DNA from: Smithellaceae bacterium
Lineage (GTDB): Bacteria; Desulfobacterota; Syntrophia; Syntrophales; Smithellaceae
Length of the DNA: 64,000 bases
Direction of reading: 5' to 3'
Assembly (NCBI GenBank): GCA_963667845.2
Contig: CAXXVL010000001.1
Span: forward strand, 512,001-576,000
Part shown: one piece after another, positions 29,863 to 38,855 of the stretch
Position numbering within the stretch: the stretch's first letter is position 1
Layout: each line of letters opens with the position of its first letter
Made by a program: the position numbers and the translations under genes
The notes under the pieces: model-generated
Told to the model about the DNA's origin: nothing
Seen by the model: only the letters and a program-made list of their open reading frames with translations
Databases searched by the model: none

Positions 29863-31680
29863 TCAGCGCTTTTTGTACCGGATTCCCAGATATCTCAATT
29901 CCTCGTGGGCGTCCGGTCCGACACCCGTATAGATTTGAACGGCGGTGCCCATGTTGCGCCCGAGGCCCCGGACATAGCCGAGATTATCATTCATGGGTTG
30001 AATGACATACTTATCTAAAATGATCATGCCATCGGCGATAGCCAGTTCTTTCTGATCGATACCCCATCCCGGAGTATAGCGTCGGTAATCCTCCGGATCC
30101 TGATCAACTGCATCCCATGTGCCGACGCGGGCGCTCCAGGCTGCCGGGACGGCGACAGGCGCGTATTTTTCCGCATAAACATTGATCTTGCCTTCTCTAT
30201 TGCGAACGATCACGTTGCGCCCGGAGATGACCGCAAATTCGTACTGCACTGTCTGAGAATCGGCGGACGAGAGCCAGCCGTTTGCACGCGGAACAACGGA
30301 AATAGGCCCCGTGGAATCGGTCCATTGCAGGCCGCCCGGAATACTGGCGACATTCGCATAGCCGGTTTCAGGGCAAAGCACATAGATTCCGGCCAACGCG
30401 TCGAGACTGCTTTGAGACCAGGAAACGCGAGGCGAGAATTCGGGCGAATAGGCGCCCGGCGCTTTGATGCCGGTTTTCTCTTCCAGAGCCAGTTTGAGGG
30501 CCTGTTTTGCGATATTGGCCACCGCAGCATCCGCGTCGGCTGAATTCGCAAGCACCACTACGGCGAGTTTATGATCGCGCAGCACTTCCATATGACTCTT
30601 CATGGTAACGGTGCCGCCGTTGTGCCAGCACAGCCGGCCGGCATAGTCGAGATCCGGATCGTTCAGGAGCCAGCAGAATCCGATGCGGGTGCCGAAATCC
30701 AGAGGCGGCGCAGGCTGGGCGGTGAGCATCATATCGAGCGTTGCCGAAGTCATCACACGCCCGCGTTCCCCCATTCCCCCGTTCATGATCATCTTTAAAT
30801 ATTTCGCCATGTCGTTCACAGTAGATATGACCGAACCGGCCGTACCGAGATTGCAGTAAAACGGGCCCAGTTCCTGCCCCTCCCAGTACCCCTTGGAAAG
30901 ACCGGTGATCCTGGGGCTGCTCAGAGAAAAGGCGGTCCGATCCATGCCGATCTTCTGAAGAAGAGCTTCGATGCTGGTATTGAAATCCGTCCCGGATGCC
31001 GCAGCGATAACATCGGCAAGAAGGGCAACCGCCGTATTTGAATAGGAGAAAATGAGATCGGTGGGGAAGTGGAGGTAATCGGTGCTGAGATAATCGCGCA
31101 GCCACCGGTTAAAGTTGGGGCGGGGAGATCCGGATGTAAAGGCGCCGTTCAAAACATCCCCCGGAATACCCGAGTGATGTGTGAGCATGGTCCGGATCGT
31201 GACCGGGCCGCCGCCTGGAAAACCCGGCGGGGGATTGATGCTGAAATCGGTCAGGTATGCGCTCAGAGGATTGTCGATGCGCAGCAGCCCCTGCTCGACC
31301 AGCTGCGCGGCCATGGTCCCTGTAAAGGTTTTTGTATTGGATCCGATCTCGAACTGGGTTTCGGAGGAGGCCAGTGTATTATTGGCAAGATCCGAGTACC
31401 CGAATCCCCTGGCCCAGACGGTTCTCTGATCGTCCACCAGGGCGATGGACAGACCGATGACACCCGCTGTCTGCATTTCCCGCTCGACAAAGGGAATCAT
31501 GGCCTGGATCGTTTTGTCATAGGTTGTATCCCCTCCGCTTCCCCCGCAGGCGGTGAGGACAATGAAGAGCATCAGCACCGCAAGATGCAGCCGTTTTTTT
31601 CTTTTTTGAGATTCGGTTCCTTCTGACTTTTTGAGTTGATTAGCAGCGCTGTCTTCCGCAAATTTCCTTCTAGAATCCAT
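29863..31680 (-). CDS. Serine hydrolase (beta-lactamase/AmpC-like) lipoprotein
   Basis: GSNTK (SxxK), LTHHSG, YSN, HNGG; LTAC lipobox. Confidence 0.88.
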   Translation of the reverse strand: MDSRRKFAEDSAANQLKKSEGTESQKRKKRLHLAVLMLFIVLTACGGSGGDTTYDKTIQAMIPFVEREMQTAGVIGLSIALVDDQRTVWARGFGYSDLANNTLASSETQFEIGSNTKTFTGTMAAQLVEQGLLRIDNPLSAYLTDFSINPPPGFPGGGPVTIRTMLTHHSGIPGDVLNGAFTSGSPRPNFNRWLRDYLSTDYLHFPTDLIFSYSNTAVALLADVIAAASGTDFNTSIEALLQKIGMDRTAFSLSSPRITGLSKGYWEGQELGPFYCNLGTAGSVISTVNDMAKYLKMIMNGGMGERGRVMTSATLDMMLTAQPAPPLDFGTRIGFCWLLNDPDLDYAGRLCWHNGGTVTMKSHMEVLRDHKLAVVVLANSADADAAVANIAKQALKLALEEKTGIKAPGAYSPEFSPRVSWSQSSLDALAGIYVLCPETGYANVASIPGGLQWTDSTGPISVVPRANGWLSSADSQTVQYEFAVISGRNVIVRNREGKINVYAEKYAPVAVPAAWSARVGTWDAVDQDPEDYRRYTPGWGIDQKELAIADGMIILDKYVIQPMNDNLGYVRGLGRNMGTAVQIYTGVGPDAHEELRYLGIRYKKR

Positions 31681-31947
31681 CGCTCCAGCTTCTCCCCATT
31701 TTTTGGCAGGACTATATATGAAGAACAAAATAAAGGTGCGTGTCAATCAATATCGGCCGGCCGGGATTCATGTCCTCCTGGTTTTTTTGGCATGAGTTGC
31801 TGGGAACACAAAGCGGGACACTCTTAAATAGTTAAATAACTCAGATAACCCTTGCCAGTTCAGGCATTCCGGCGGTTGAAGTTTATTTCTTCAACCGCCT
31901 TTTTTGAAAATAAACAAACCGTCCGATATCCTATGATGATCCCAACC

Positions 31948-34044
31948 TCATTTTGCCGAACCCAAAATACCGATGAAATAGGGGTTCATGCCGGTAATCA
32001 GGTCTTGCGTTTTCGTCAACGTTCCCGTGGCATCATTGATGCTGAAGACCGAAAAAGAGTTGGCCTGCCCATTGGTCGTATAGGCGAATTTACCCGATGG
32101 ATCAACCGCGACGCACCACGGCGCATAGTCGGCATGCGTGGCGGTTCCGGGCGTCAGTGCCCCGGTGGCTGAGTTGACCGAATAAGCAGTGACGTTATCG
32201 CCCGACCCGCCGGACACATAGACAAACCGGCCGGTCGGATCAACGGTCACGGAGTCGGGTGAACCAACGGTCGTAGCGACCGATACCGCGACCAGGGTGC
32301 CGTTAGCCTGATTGATCTCCAGGCACCGGATGATTGCCTCGTTGCCGATCACATAAACGAACCGGCCTGCCGGATCGATGGCGATATACCGCGGCTGAGC
32401 TCCCGCCACAGTAGTCGCCTGCAGGGTCAAATTTCCGGTTATTTGATTAATCCTGAAAACAGAAATATCGTTGGATCCGTAGTTGACCACATACAGAAAC
32501 CTGCCCGTCGCGTCAACGGCTGAGGCCGTGGGTTCGTTACCCGCGGCAATGGTTCCCAACGCGACCAGTGTCTGAAAATGCTGATAGTTGATGGTGAAAA
32601 TCGAAATACTGTTCGAGCTCCGGTTCGTGACATAGGCAAAGCGCGCCGCCGGGTCCACGGCGATACTAAAAGGGGAGAACTGCGTAGGCACTGTGGCCTG
32701 CAGCTGTATTTCGCCGCCGCCGTCGGGCAGAATAGTGAAAACCGTTACCGTCGCGTCATACGCATTCGTCACGTAAACATGCGTGCCGGACGGGTCAATA
32801 GCCAGCTGACTCGGGTGGTCTCCGGCAAGAAACGGCGAGCCGGCGATTTCTGTGAGCCAGCCGTTTGCGGGATTAATGCTTAGAGCGGATACATAGCCTG
32901 CGCCATGCACCGCGTAGGCGTATTTGGGTTCGAAGGCGACCGCAGCGCTGCCCGTCGTCATGGCAATCGAAGAACCGGCGCGTGACGGAATGATGCCCAC
33001 AGGCGTTAACGCGCCGGTGGTTTGATTAATGGTATACAGCGTGATGCTGTTGCCGGCAATGTTGGAGGCGTTCGAAGCATAAGCAAACTTGCCCGATGGA
33101 TCAACCTTGATGTGGATGGGGTTCATGCCGGATACGGCTCCCGTCCCCGCGGTGAGTGCGCCCGTGGTCTGATTGATGGTATAGGCGGAAACACCGTGGG
33201 AGCCCCAATTGGCGACATAGACGTACTTGCCGGTCGGGTCAACCGCGATGGATATGGGTGATATGCCTGCGGCAATCGATCCTGTCGCGGTGAGTGCTCC
33301 GGTGGTTTGATTGATGGTAAAGAAGGAAACATTATTGGAGCCCAAATTGGCCGAGTAAATGAATTTTCCGGACGGATCCATCGCGAGAAAGACCGGTTGT
33401 GTCCCTGCGGGAACCGCTGTGCCGGCGGTCAAAGCTCCGGTGGTTTGATTGATGGTATAGGCGGAAATATTGTTGGAGCCCTCATTGGCCACGTAGACAA
33501 ACTTCCCCGAAGGATCAACGATCACACACATCGGATTAGTACCGGCCGCTATGTCTGTTCCCGGGGTGAGGGCGCCGGTTGTCTGGTTGATGGCGTAGAC
33601 GGAGACGCTGTTGCCCGTGTAATTGGCAACATAGATAAACCGGCTCGTCGGATCAACGGCTAAAGAACGCGGGCCTGCGCCGGTTGCGGACGACGAACCG
33701 TAGCGCAAGGCGCCGGTCGCCGTATCGACGGTATAGATGTAAAGTCTGTCATTATTGAAGTTGGCGGAATAGGCAAATTTCCCCGAGGGGGTTACGACAA
33801 TCGAGATCGGGTAGACCTGGCTCGCCTGGCGGCCGATATACCGCCACTGGCCGGTTTGGGGATTGATCGCATAAATGGAAATCATGTTCTCCTGGTGGTT
33901 TGTGACATACGCAAATCGCGGGATACCGGATGAGCCTATCAGGGGATCAGATCCCCCGCCGCCGCAGCCGGACAAGCAGGAAATAAACATCACCGTAAAC
34001 GACACAAATAATACCGCCCGAACGAAAAAAAATTTCATTTTCAT
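31948..34044 (-). CDS. Double beta-propeller lipoprotein (lactonase-like repeats)
   Basis: LSGC lipobox; about 14 repeats of (P..IAVDPSGKF.YVAN..SN.IS.YTINQTTGALT); RBS AAGGAG. Confidence 0.85.
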   Translation of the reverse strand: MKMKFFFVRAVLFVSFTVMFISCLSGCGGGGSDPLIGSSGIPRFAYVTNHQENMISIYAINPQTGQWRYIGRQASQVYPISIVVTPSGKFAYSANFNNDRLYIYTVDTATGALRYGSSSATGAGPRSLAVDPTSRFIYVANYTGNSVSVYAINQTTGALTPGTDIAAGTNPMCVIVDPSGKFVYVANEGSNNISAYTINQTTGALTAGTAVPAGTQPVFLAMDPSGKFIYSANLGSNNVSFFTINQTTGALTATGSIAAGISPISIAVDPTGKYVYVANWGSHGVSAYTINQTTGALTAGTGAVSGMNPIHIKVDPSGKFAYASNASNIAGNSITLYTINQTTGALTPVGIIPSRAGSSIAMTTGSAAVAFEPKYAYAVHGAGYVSALSINPANGWLTEIAGSPFLAGDHPSQLAIDPSGTHVYVTNAYDATVTVFTILPDGGGEIQLQATVPTQFSPFSIAVDPAARFAYVTNRSSNSISIFTINYQHFQTLVALGTIAAGNEPTASAVDATGRFLYVVNYGSNDISVFRINQITGNLTLQATTVAGAQPRYIAIDPAGRFVYVIGNEAIIRCLEINQANGTLVAVSVATTVGSPDSVTVDPTGRFVYVSGGSGDNVTAYSVNSATGALTPGTATHADYAPWCVAVDPSGKFAYTTNGQANSFSVFSINDATGTLTKTQDLITGMNPYFIGILGSAK

Positions 34045-34178
34045 TGGGATCTCCTTTAAACACACCGGAAAAATTCTGTGGCTTGATGATGAAACGCGTT
34101 TGCTGGTAAGTTACCTTATTCGCGTCTGACGGAAACTGTCTTCGTTTCGATTTTACATCAGAGCAGGCAGAAAAGACA

Positions 34179-34297
34179 ACCATTTTTCATTGCCGTGGTT
34201 CGCCAAGCGCCACAACGCTTCAGGCATGATTCGCTAAAGTCGCACACCGGTGCAACTGCAGTTTTATGGAGATACTTAAATATTTGAGGGTGTCCCC
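34179..34297 (+). repeat. MITE-B right end + motif E
   Basis: ACCATTTTTC.TTGCCGTGGTTCGC...GATTCGCTAAAGTC...TGCAACTGC (as at 25506-25586), then GAGATACTTAAATATTTGAGGGTGTCCCC. Confidence 0.8.
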
Positions 34298-34374
34298 CGT
34301 AGCTCCCCAATGGGGAATCGCTGGTTTGCACTATCCTCCCGCGAAGGATGGCGTCTTGATTATCTGCCAACTTT

Positions 34375-35418
34375 TTACACCTCTTCATACAATGCCCGCT
34401 GCTCCGGGGGCATATCTTTCAGCCATTTATTCGCTTCGCTTAGCGAAACTGCTTCGCATGATCCGTCGGAGTGCTGCACGACGACACCGCTTTGAATCAG
34501 CATTTTATGCCGTTGCTGACGTATCTTTTTATCAGGATGACAAATCAGTGTGCAATTGCCGCAGGTAAAACTAATTCGGTCACCCGGCATCAGAAAGTGA
34601 AAAAAGCCCCCTTCTTCGCGTGGTCTTTTCTGATATGCGTCCGCTGCCTTGATCACGGCAGGCAAGAACTCCTCATCCCGGTTGGGTATGGGAAACCGGG
34701 CCGGAGACCAGGTGGACCACTTGCCGGATTTATGCAGGCCGGAGAAACCGCCGCAGACATAGTCACAGCGGCTATGATTCCGATGCAGAGAATAAGAAAA
34801 ATCAATATCTCCAATACGGACTATCGTCTTTTTATCCGGATCCATATATTCTGAAGCACAAGAAGCAATACACAGTCGGCACTCATCGCAATAGTTGTCT
34901 TCCGGCAGCAAGGGCTTAGTGGGCAGCAAAGCTGCTGTTGATACCACCGATCCCAGGATAATTGCGGCACCATTTTCGTTTGTGATCACGTTGCCGGAAA
35001 GACCAAAATGACCGATTCCGGACCTCACTGCCAGATACCTGTGGGATTTGGGTGGCTTTTCGTCAAAAGGACCGTTCGGCGTATCGGTCCGATAGGCTAA
35101 ATTAGCCGTCTGCCCTAAAGACGGATGGCCTTTCTGAGTCAGATAACTGGCGATTTCGAAAGAGATGCCGCTGACCAGTGTATTGGTGCGAACATTGTCT
35201 ACTTCATGAGAGCGGCGATCCTTTTTTTGAAGATACGGTTCGATATAGGATTGATTCAGGGGGACTGCGAAACTGACCGCCGATTTTGCACCTGGTAGCA
35301 CATAAGACAGATCCACAGACGGTGGTCCGCCGGCCAGGGTTTCCGTGGTGGCAATCCCTACGGCGGTTGCCCCGAGACACTTCGCCAGTTCTTTAATCCT
35401 ACTGGTCAGCTGCTCCAT
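34375..35418 (-). CDS. Epoxyqueuosine reductase/reductive dehalogenase-like Fe-S protein
   Basis: GATAVGIA, SHRYLAVRSGIGHFGLSG, CDECRLCIASC and CGNCTLIC. Confidence 0.75.
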   Translation of the reverse strand: MEQLTSRIKELAKCLGATAVGIATTETLAGGPPSVDLSYVLPGAKSAVSFAVPLNQSYIEPYLQKKDRRSHEVDNVRTNTLVSGISFEIASYLTQKGHPSLGQTANLAYRTDTPNGPFDEKPPKSHRYLAVRSGIGHFGLSGNVITNENGAAIILGSVVSTAALLPTKPLLPEDNYCDECRLCIASCASEYMDPDKKTIVRIGDIDFSYSLHRNHSRCDYVCGGFSGLHKSGKWSTWSPARFPIPNRDEEFLPAVIKAADAYQKRPREEGGFFHFLMPGDRISFTCGNCTLICHPDKKIRQQRHKMLIQSGVVVQHSDGSCEAVSLSEANKWLKDMPPEQRALYEEV

Positions 35419-35537
35419 CTTTATTCTCCTTTAAAATAACATTTATTGTCAAAACTATATCAGAAAGCGTAAAAATAGAAAATTGGCGATATCAGCCGTA
35501 TTAACTCGGGAAAGGGTTGTCGCCTGCGGAAACATGG

Positions 35538-35675
35538 CAATGATTGTCGTCTGTGCGTGGTGAGTATTCGTCACTTTGAATGGTTAATTGGAAGCTGAAA
35601 ACTTATATTTCAAGACCTGATTTACTATGAACCAATTTGTCATTGCGAGCGGACCCTCGGGACGCGTGGCAATCT
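35538..35675 (+). repeat. Motif C fused directly to motif A, followed by a GTCATTGCGAG...GTGGCAATC palindrome
   Basis: Same C and A motifs as at 20578-20735 but without the central insert. Confidence 0.85.
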
Positions 35676-35691
35676 TGCATTCTAAAAAGTG

Positions 35692-35991
35692 GCAGTTACA
35701 CCAGGGCGAGCCTTCGCTCAATGCCCTCGACTGTGGCGCTAATTCCATTCCATATCAAGCGCTGCCTTTGTTGTCTGCGTCCTTGGCTTCCTCAGCGTAT
35801 TGCCAATACGCTTCCGGTTCCTCCTCCTTGCCGCCGCGGCATCATCCTGATCTGGAATGGAATACGGCTTGCTACGCGATAGCCAAAAACTCGCCTGCGG
35901 CTCAAACAGTTTGGCTGTCATATGCTTCATTTCGCCAAGCGCCACAACGTTTCAGTCATGATTCGCTAAAGTCACATCCCGGTGCAGCTGC
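35692..35991. mobile_element. MITE-like element family B, shorter full copy
   Basis: GCAGTTACACCAGGG...CCCGGTGCAGCTGC termini; collinear with 25155-25586 minus two internal segments. Confidence 0.75.
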
Positions 35992-36030
35992 GAATAAATT
36001 TCATATCTGATTAAATAATATTGGATTGAT

Positions 36031-36079
36031 ATATTGAAGTACGTCGCTTTTAGAAACTTAGAATTCTTGGGGCGTCCCC
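36031..36079 (+). repeat. Tandem G/C-tailed end motifs (F and E)
   Basis: ATATTGAAGTACGTCGC (compare GGGGACGTACTTCAAAATAT at 42001) and AACTTAGAATTCTTGGGGCGTCCCC. Confidence 0.6.
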
Positions 36080-36239
36080 TCGGGTTCCATATCACCTCAC
36101 TCTCCTCTCTAGAAAAACGTTGTCTCTATTAGCACTTCATGTATAATTCACTCACAACTTACACTAAACAATAGTCGAAGAACATCTGTTTTGCGGCTGT
36201 TCAAATACCCTGCAAGCCTCAGTTACAGGAGAGGTGCGA

Positions 36240-36365
36240 ATGCGAAAAGACATTGAGGAACTGATTAAAAGCAATAGCACCTGTGTTCCAGCCGCTTTAT
36301 CAGGGATAGCGCCGTTGCTCTCTTATGTCCTATGACCCTTCGGACGATTGCCGGGAAATCTGCCG
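36240..36365 (+). pseudogene. Pyridoxamine 5'-phosphate oxidase-family N-terminal remnant
   Basis: RBS GGAGAGG; MRKDIEELIKSNSTCVPAALSGIAP, then after a frameshift CSLMSYDPSDDCREI; similarity is lost afterwards. Confidence 0.55.
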
Positions 36366-36504
36366 GCCCCGCGTGCACGAATTTATGAATCAGAATGAAG
36401 TAGAAAACATGTTGGTCAAGGCAAAGGCTTTACAGCTGCAAAACGGCATCACGGAAGCCTATTGCGAAATGGTAACCTGAGAACTTTCAACAAAAATCAG
36501 CAGG

Positions 36505-37461
36505 ATGGTCGCTATGGAAAAAATTCGCCTTGGCATCAGTGCCTGTCTTTTGGGACACAACGTCCGTTGGAACGGCGGACACGCTTTAGACCGTTTTCTT
36601 GCCTGCACACTGGGAAGTTACGTGGAATATGTACCCGTCTGCCCCGAAATGGAATGTGGCTTCGGCGTTCCCCGCGACACCTTGCGTCTGACCGGCGACC
36701 CGGAGCGCCCACGCCTGATGGTAACACGCAGCGGCATCGACCAGACGGAAAAGATGGAAGCCTGGGCATACAAGCGAGTTTTCGAGCTGGAGAAGGAGAA
36801 TCTCTGCGGTTTCGTCTTTAAGAGCGATTCGCCGTCGAGCGGCATGGAGCGTGTTAAGGTCTATGACGACAAAGGAATCCCCCGGAAGATCGGAGTGGGC
36901 ATCTTCGCCCGCATCTTCATGGAGCATTTTCCCCTGATGCCGGTGGAAGAGGAAGGCCGTCTTCACGATCCCGTCCTGCGGGAAAACTTTATAGAAACCA
37001 TCTTTATGTGCCGGCGTTATCGCAAGATCATGGATGAAAAAAACCGTGCCGCGGGTCTCGTCGATTTCCATACCCGTAACAAATTGCTGCTGATGGCGCA
37101 CAGCCCGACAATACTCAAGAAGATGGGCAGCCTGGTGGCCGGCTCCGGAAAGCTCACCACCAGTGCTCTCGTTGATCAATATGAAAAACTTCTGTCAGAA
37201 GCGATGGCGCTGAAACCGACACCGGCTAAACACACCAACGTCCTGCATCATATTGTTGGCTATTTCAAGAAACAGCTGTCGGCTGACGAAAAGCAGGAGC
37301 TTCTGGAAGTCATCGACAATTACAGGACCGGCACGATCCCGCTGATCGTCCCGGTTACCCTGCTTGCCCATTATGTGCGCAAATTCAACCAACCCTATCT
37401 GCGCGAGCAGACTTATCTGCAGCCACACCCGGCGGAGCTGATGCTGCGCAACCACGTATGA
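36505..37461 (+). CDS. DUF523 (2-thiouracil desulfurase-like) + DUF1722 (YbgA) fusion protein
   Basis: GISACLLG..VRWNGGH, VCPE, SPSSG, EEEGRL, FHTRNKLLLMAH, ELMLRNHV. Confidence 0.9.
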   Translation: MVAMEKIRLGISACLLGHNVRWNGGHALDRFLACTLGSYVEYVPVCPEMECGFGVPRDTLRLTGDPERPRLMVTRSGIDQTEKMEAWAYKRVFELEKENLCGFVFKSDSPSSGMERVKVYDDKGIPRKIGVGIFARIFMEHFPLMPVEEEGRLHDPVLRENFIETIFMCRRYRKIMDEKNRAAGLVDFHTRNKLLLMAHSPTILKKMGSLVAGSGKLTTSALVDQYEKLLSEAMALKPTPAKHTNVLHHIVGYFKKQLSADEKQELLEVIDNYRTGTIPLIVPVTLLAHYVRKFNQPYLREQTYLQPHPAELMLRNHV

Positions 37462-37517
37462 TGTGACGCTGTTTTTATTAAAAGACTTTAATTCGATCAA
37501 AGAAGGAGGCAATTGCG

Positions 37518-38426
37518 ATGAAGGTGTTCATGACAGGAGGGACAGGTTTTGTCGGATCATATCTTGCCGGATTTCTGATCAATAAGGGACACGTTGTCAC
37601 CATACTCACATCACTTCTGGAGAGTCCGGCCGCGCAGATTGCCGGAGTCAGTTATCTGCCCGGCAATCCGACTAAGCCGGGAGACTGGCAAGATGCCGTG
37701 GGTGAGCACGATGTTCTCATCAATCTGGCGGGCGCTTCGATTTTCAGCCGCTGGACTCCAAACCAAAAACAAATCATGCTGGAAAGCCGGATAGAAACCA
37801 CCCGCAATCTGGTGAACGCGATTGGAAAGGATAAAGCAAATAAGATGACTTTATTCAGCACATCCGCCGTGGGCTACTACGGATTTCACGAAGATGATAT
37901 TTTGACTGAATCTTCGCCGCCGGGGAATGACTTTCTGGCGAGACTCGCCGTCGAATGGGAAAAAGAGGCGCTGCTGGCGGCAGCCAAAGGCGTCCGGGTG
38001 GTAATTACCCGCTTCGGCATTGTCCTGGGCAAAAATGGCGGCGCACTTGGTCAGATGATTCCCCTGTTCAAATATTTTCTCGGAGGACCACTGGGCAGCG
38101 GAAGGCAGTGGTTTTCCTGGGTGCATATTCATGATCTGGCGGCCGCGTTTATTTTCCTGCTTGATCACCCGGAAATGTCCGGGGCAGTAAATCTTTGTTC
38201 GCCAAACCCTGTCCGCAACAAGGATCTGGCCCGGGCTATCGGTCAGTTGCTCCATCGCCCGTCAATTATGCCCGCTCCCGGTTTCATGATCCGGCTTATC
38301 CTCGGTGAATTCGGTGATGTTCTCCTCAAAGGACAGCGCGTCATTCCGCGCCGCCTGATCGACGCCGGTTTTGAATTTGAATATCCGCTGATTGAGGATG
38401 GACTAAGGAATGTCATTGCGGGCTAA
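37518..38426 (+). CDS. TIGR01777 family NAD-dependent oxidoreductase/epimerase
   Basis: TGGTGFVG, INLAGASI, SAVGYYG, GSGRQWFSWVHIHD, GQRVIP. Confidence 0.92.
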   Translation: MKVFMTGGTGFVGSYLAGFLINKGHVVTILTSLLESPAAQIAGVSYLPGNPTKPGDWQDAVGEHDVLINLAGASIFSRWTPNQKQIMLESRIETTRNLVNAIGKDKANKMTLFSTSAVGYYGFHEDDILTESSPPGNDFLARLAVEWEKEALLAAAKGVRVVITRFGIVLGKNGGALGQMIPLFKYFLGGPLGSGRQWFSWVHIHDLAAAFIFLLDHPEMSGAVNLCSPNPVRNKDLARAIGQLLHRPSIMPAPGFMIRLILGEFGDVLLKGQRVIPRRLIDAGFEFEYPLIEDGLRNVIAG

Positions 38427-38566
38427 TGATTAATATTGCATCGCCAAATCAGTGGTAATCGAGGCAGCGTTGGCGGTATTTCGAGGGACACGACACTTCA
38501 TTACGCATTTTTCTCTTTTTGGGTCCGGGCTTTTGTTTCTGTAACGCACGGCCAGTTAGCTTTTCA

Positions 38567-38845
38567 ATCTGGAATGGAATACGGCTTATTACGCTGCAGC
38601 CGAAAACTCGCCTGCGGCTCAGACAGTTTGGCTGTCTTATGCTCCATTTCGCTGAGCGCCACAACGTTTCAGTCATGATTCGCTAAAGTCACACCCCGCT
38701 GCAACTGCAGGTTTCTTTGCTTTGAATGGTTAATTTGAAACTGAAAACTTATATTTCAAGACCTGAACCTATTTATGTTTATGGTGCAATTCGCGGCGTC
38801 AAGAGGTTTCAACTTATCCGGAAGTTGATAGGATCGCAGCATCCC
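38567..38845 (+). repeat. MITE-B right half + motif A + motif D
   Basis: ATCTGGAATGGAATACGGC...CCCCGCTGCAACTGC (to 38708); motif A 38716-38769; GGTGCAAT...AGGTTTCAAC...AAGTTGATA (homologous to 29727-29785). Confidence 0.85.
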
Positions 38846-38855
38846 TCTATTTCAC

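Noticed and set aside
29863..31680. Calling the serine hydrolase a true beta-lactamase resistance gene
   Set aside because: SxxK/YxN/HxG motifs are shared with esterases and peptidases; substrate cannot be inferred from sequence.
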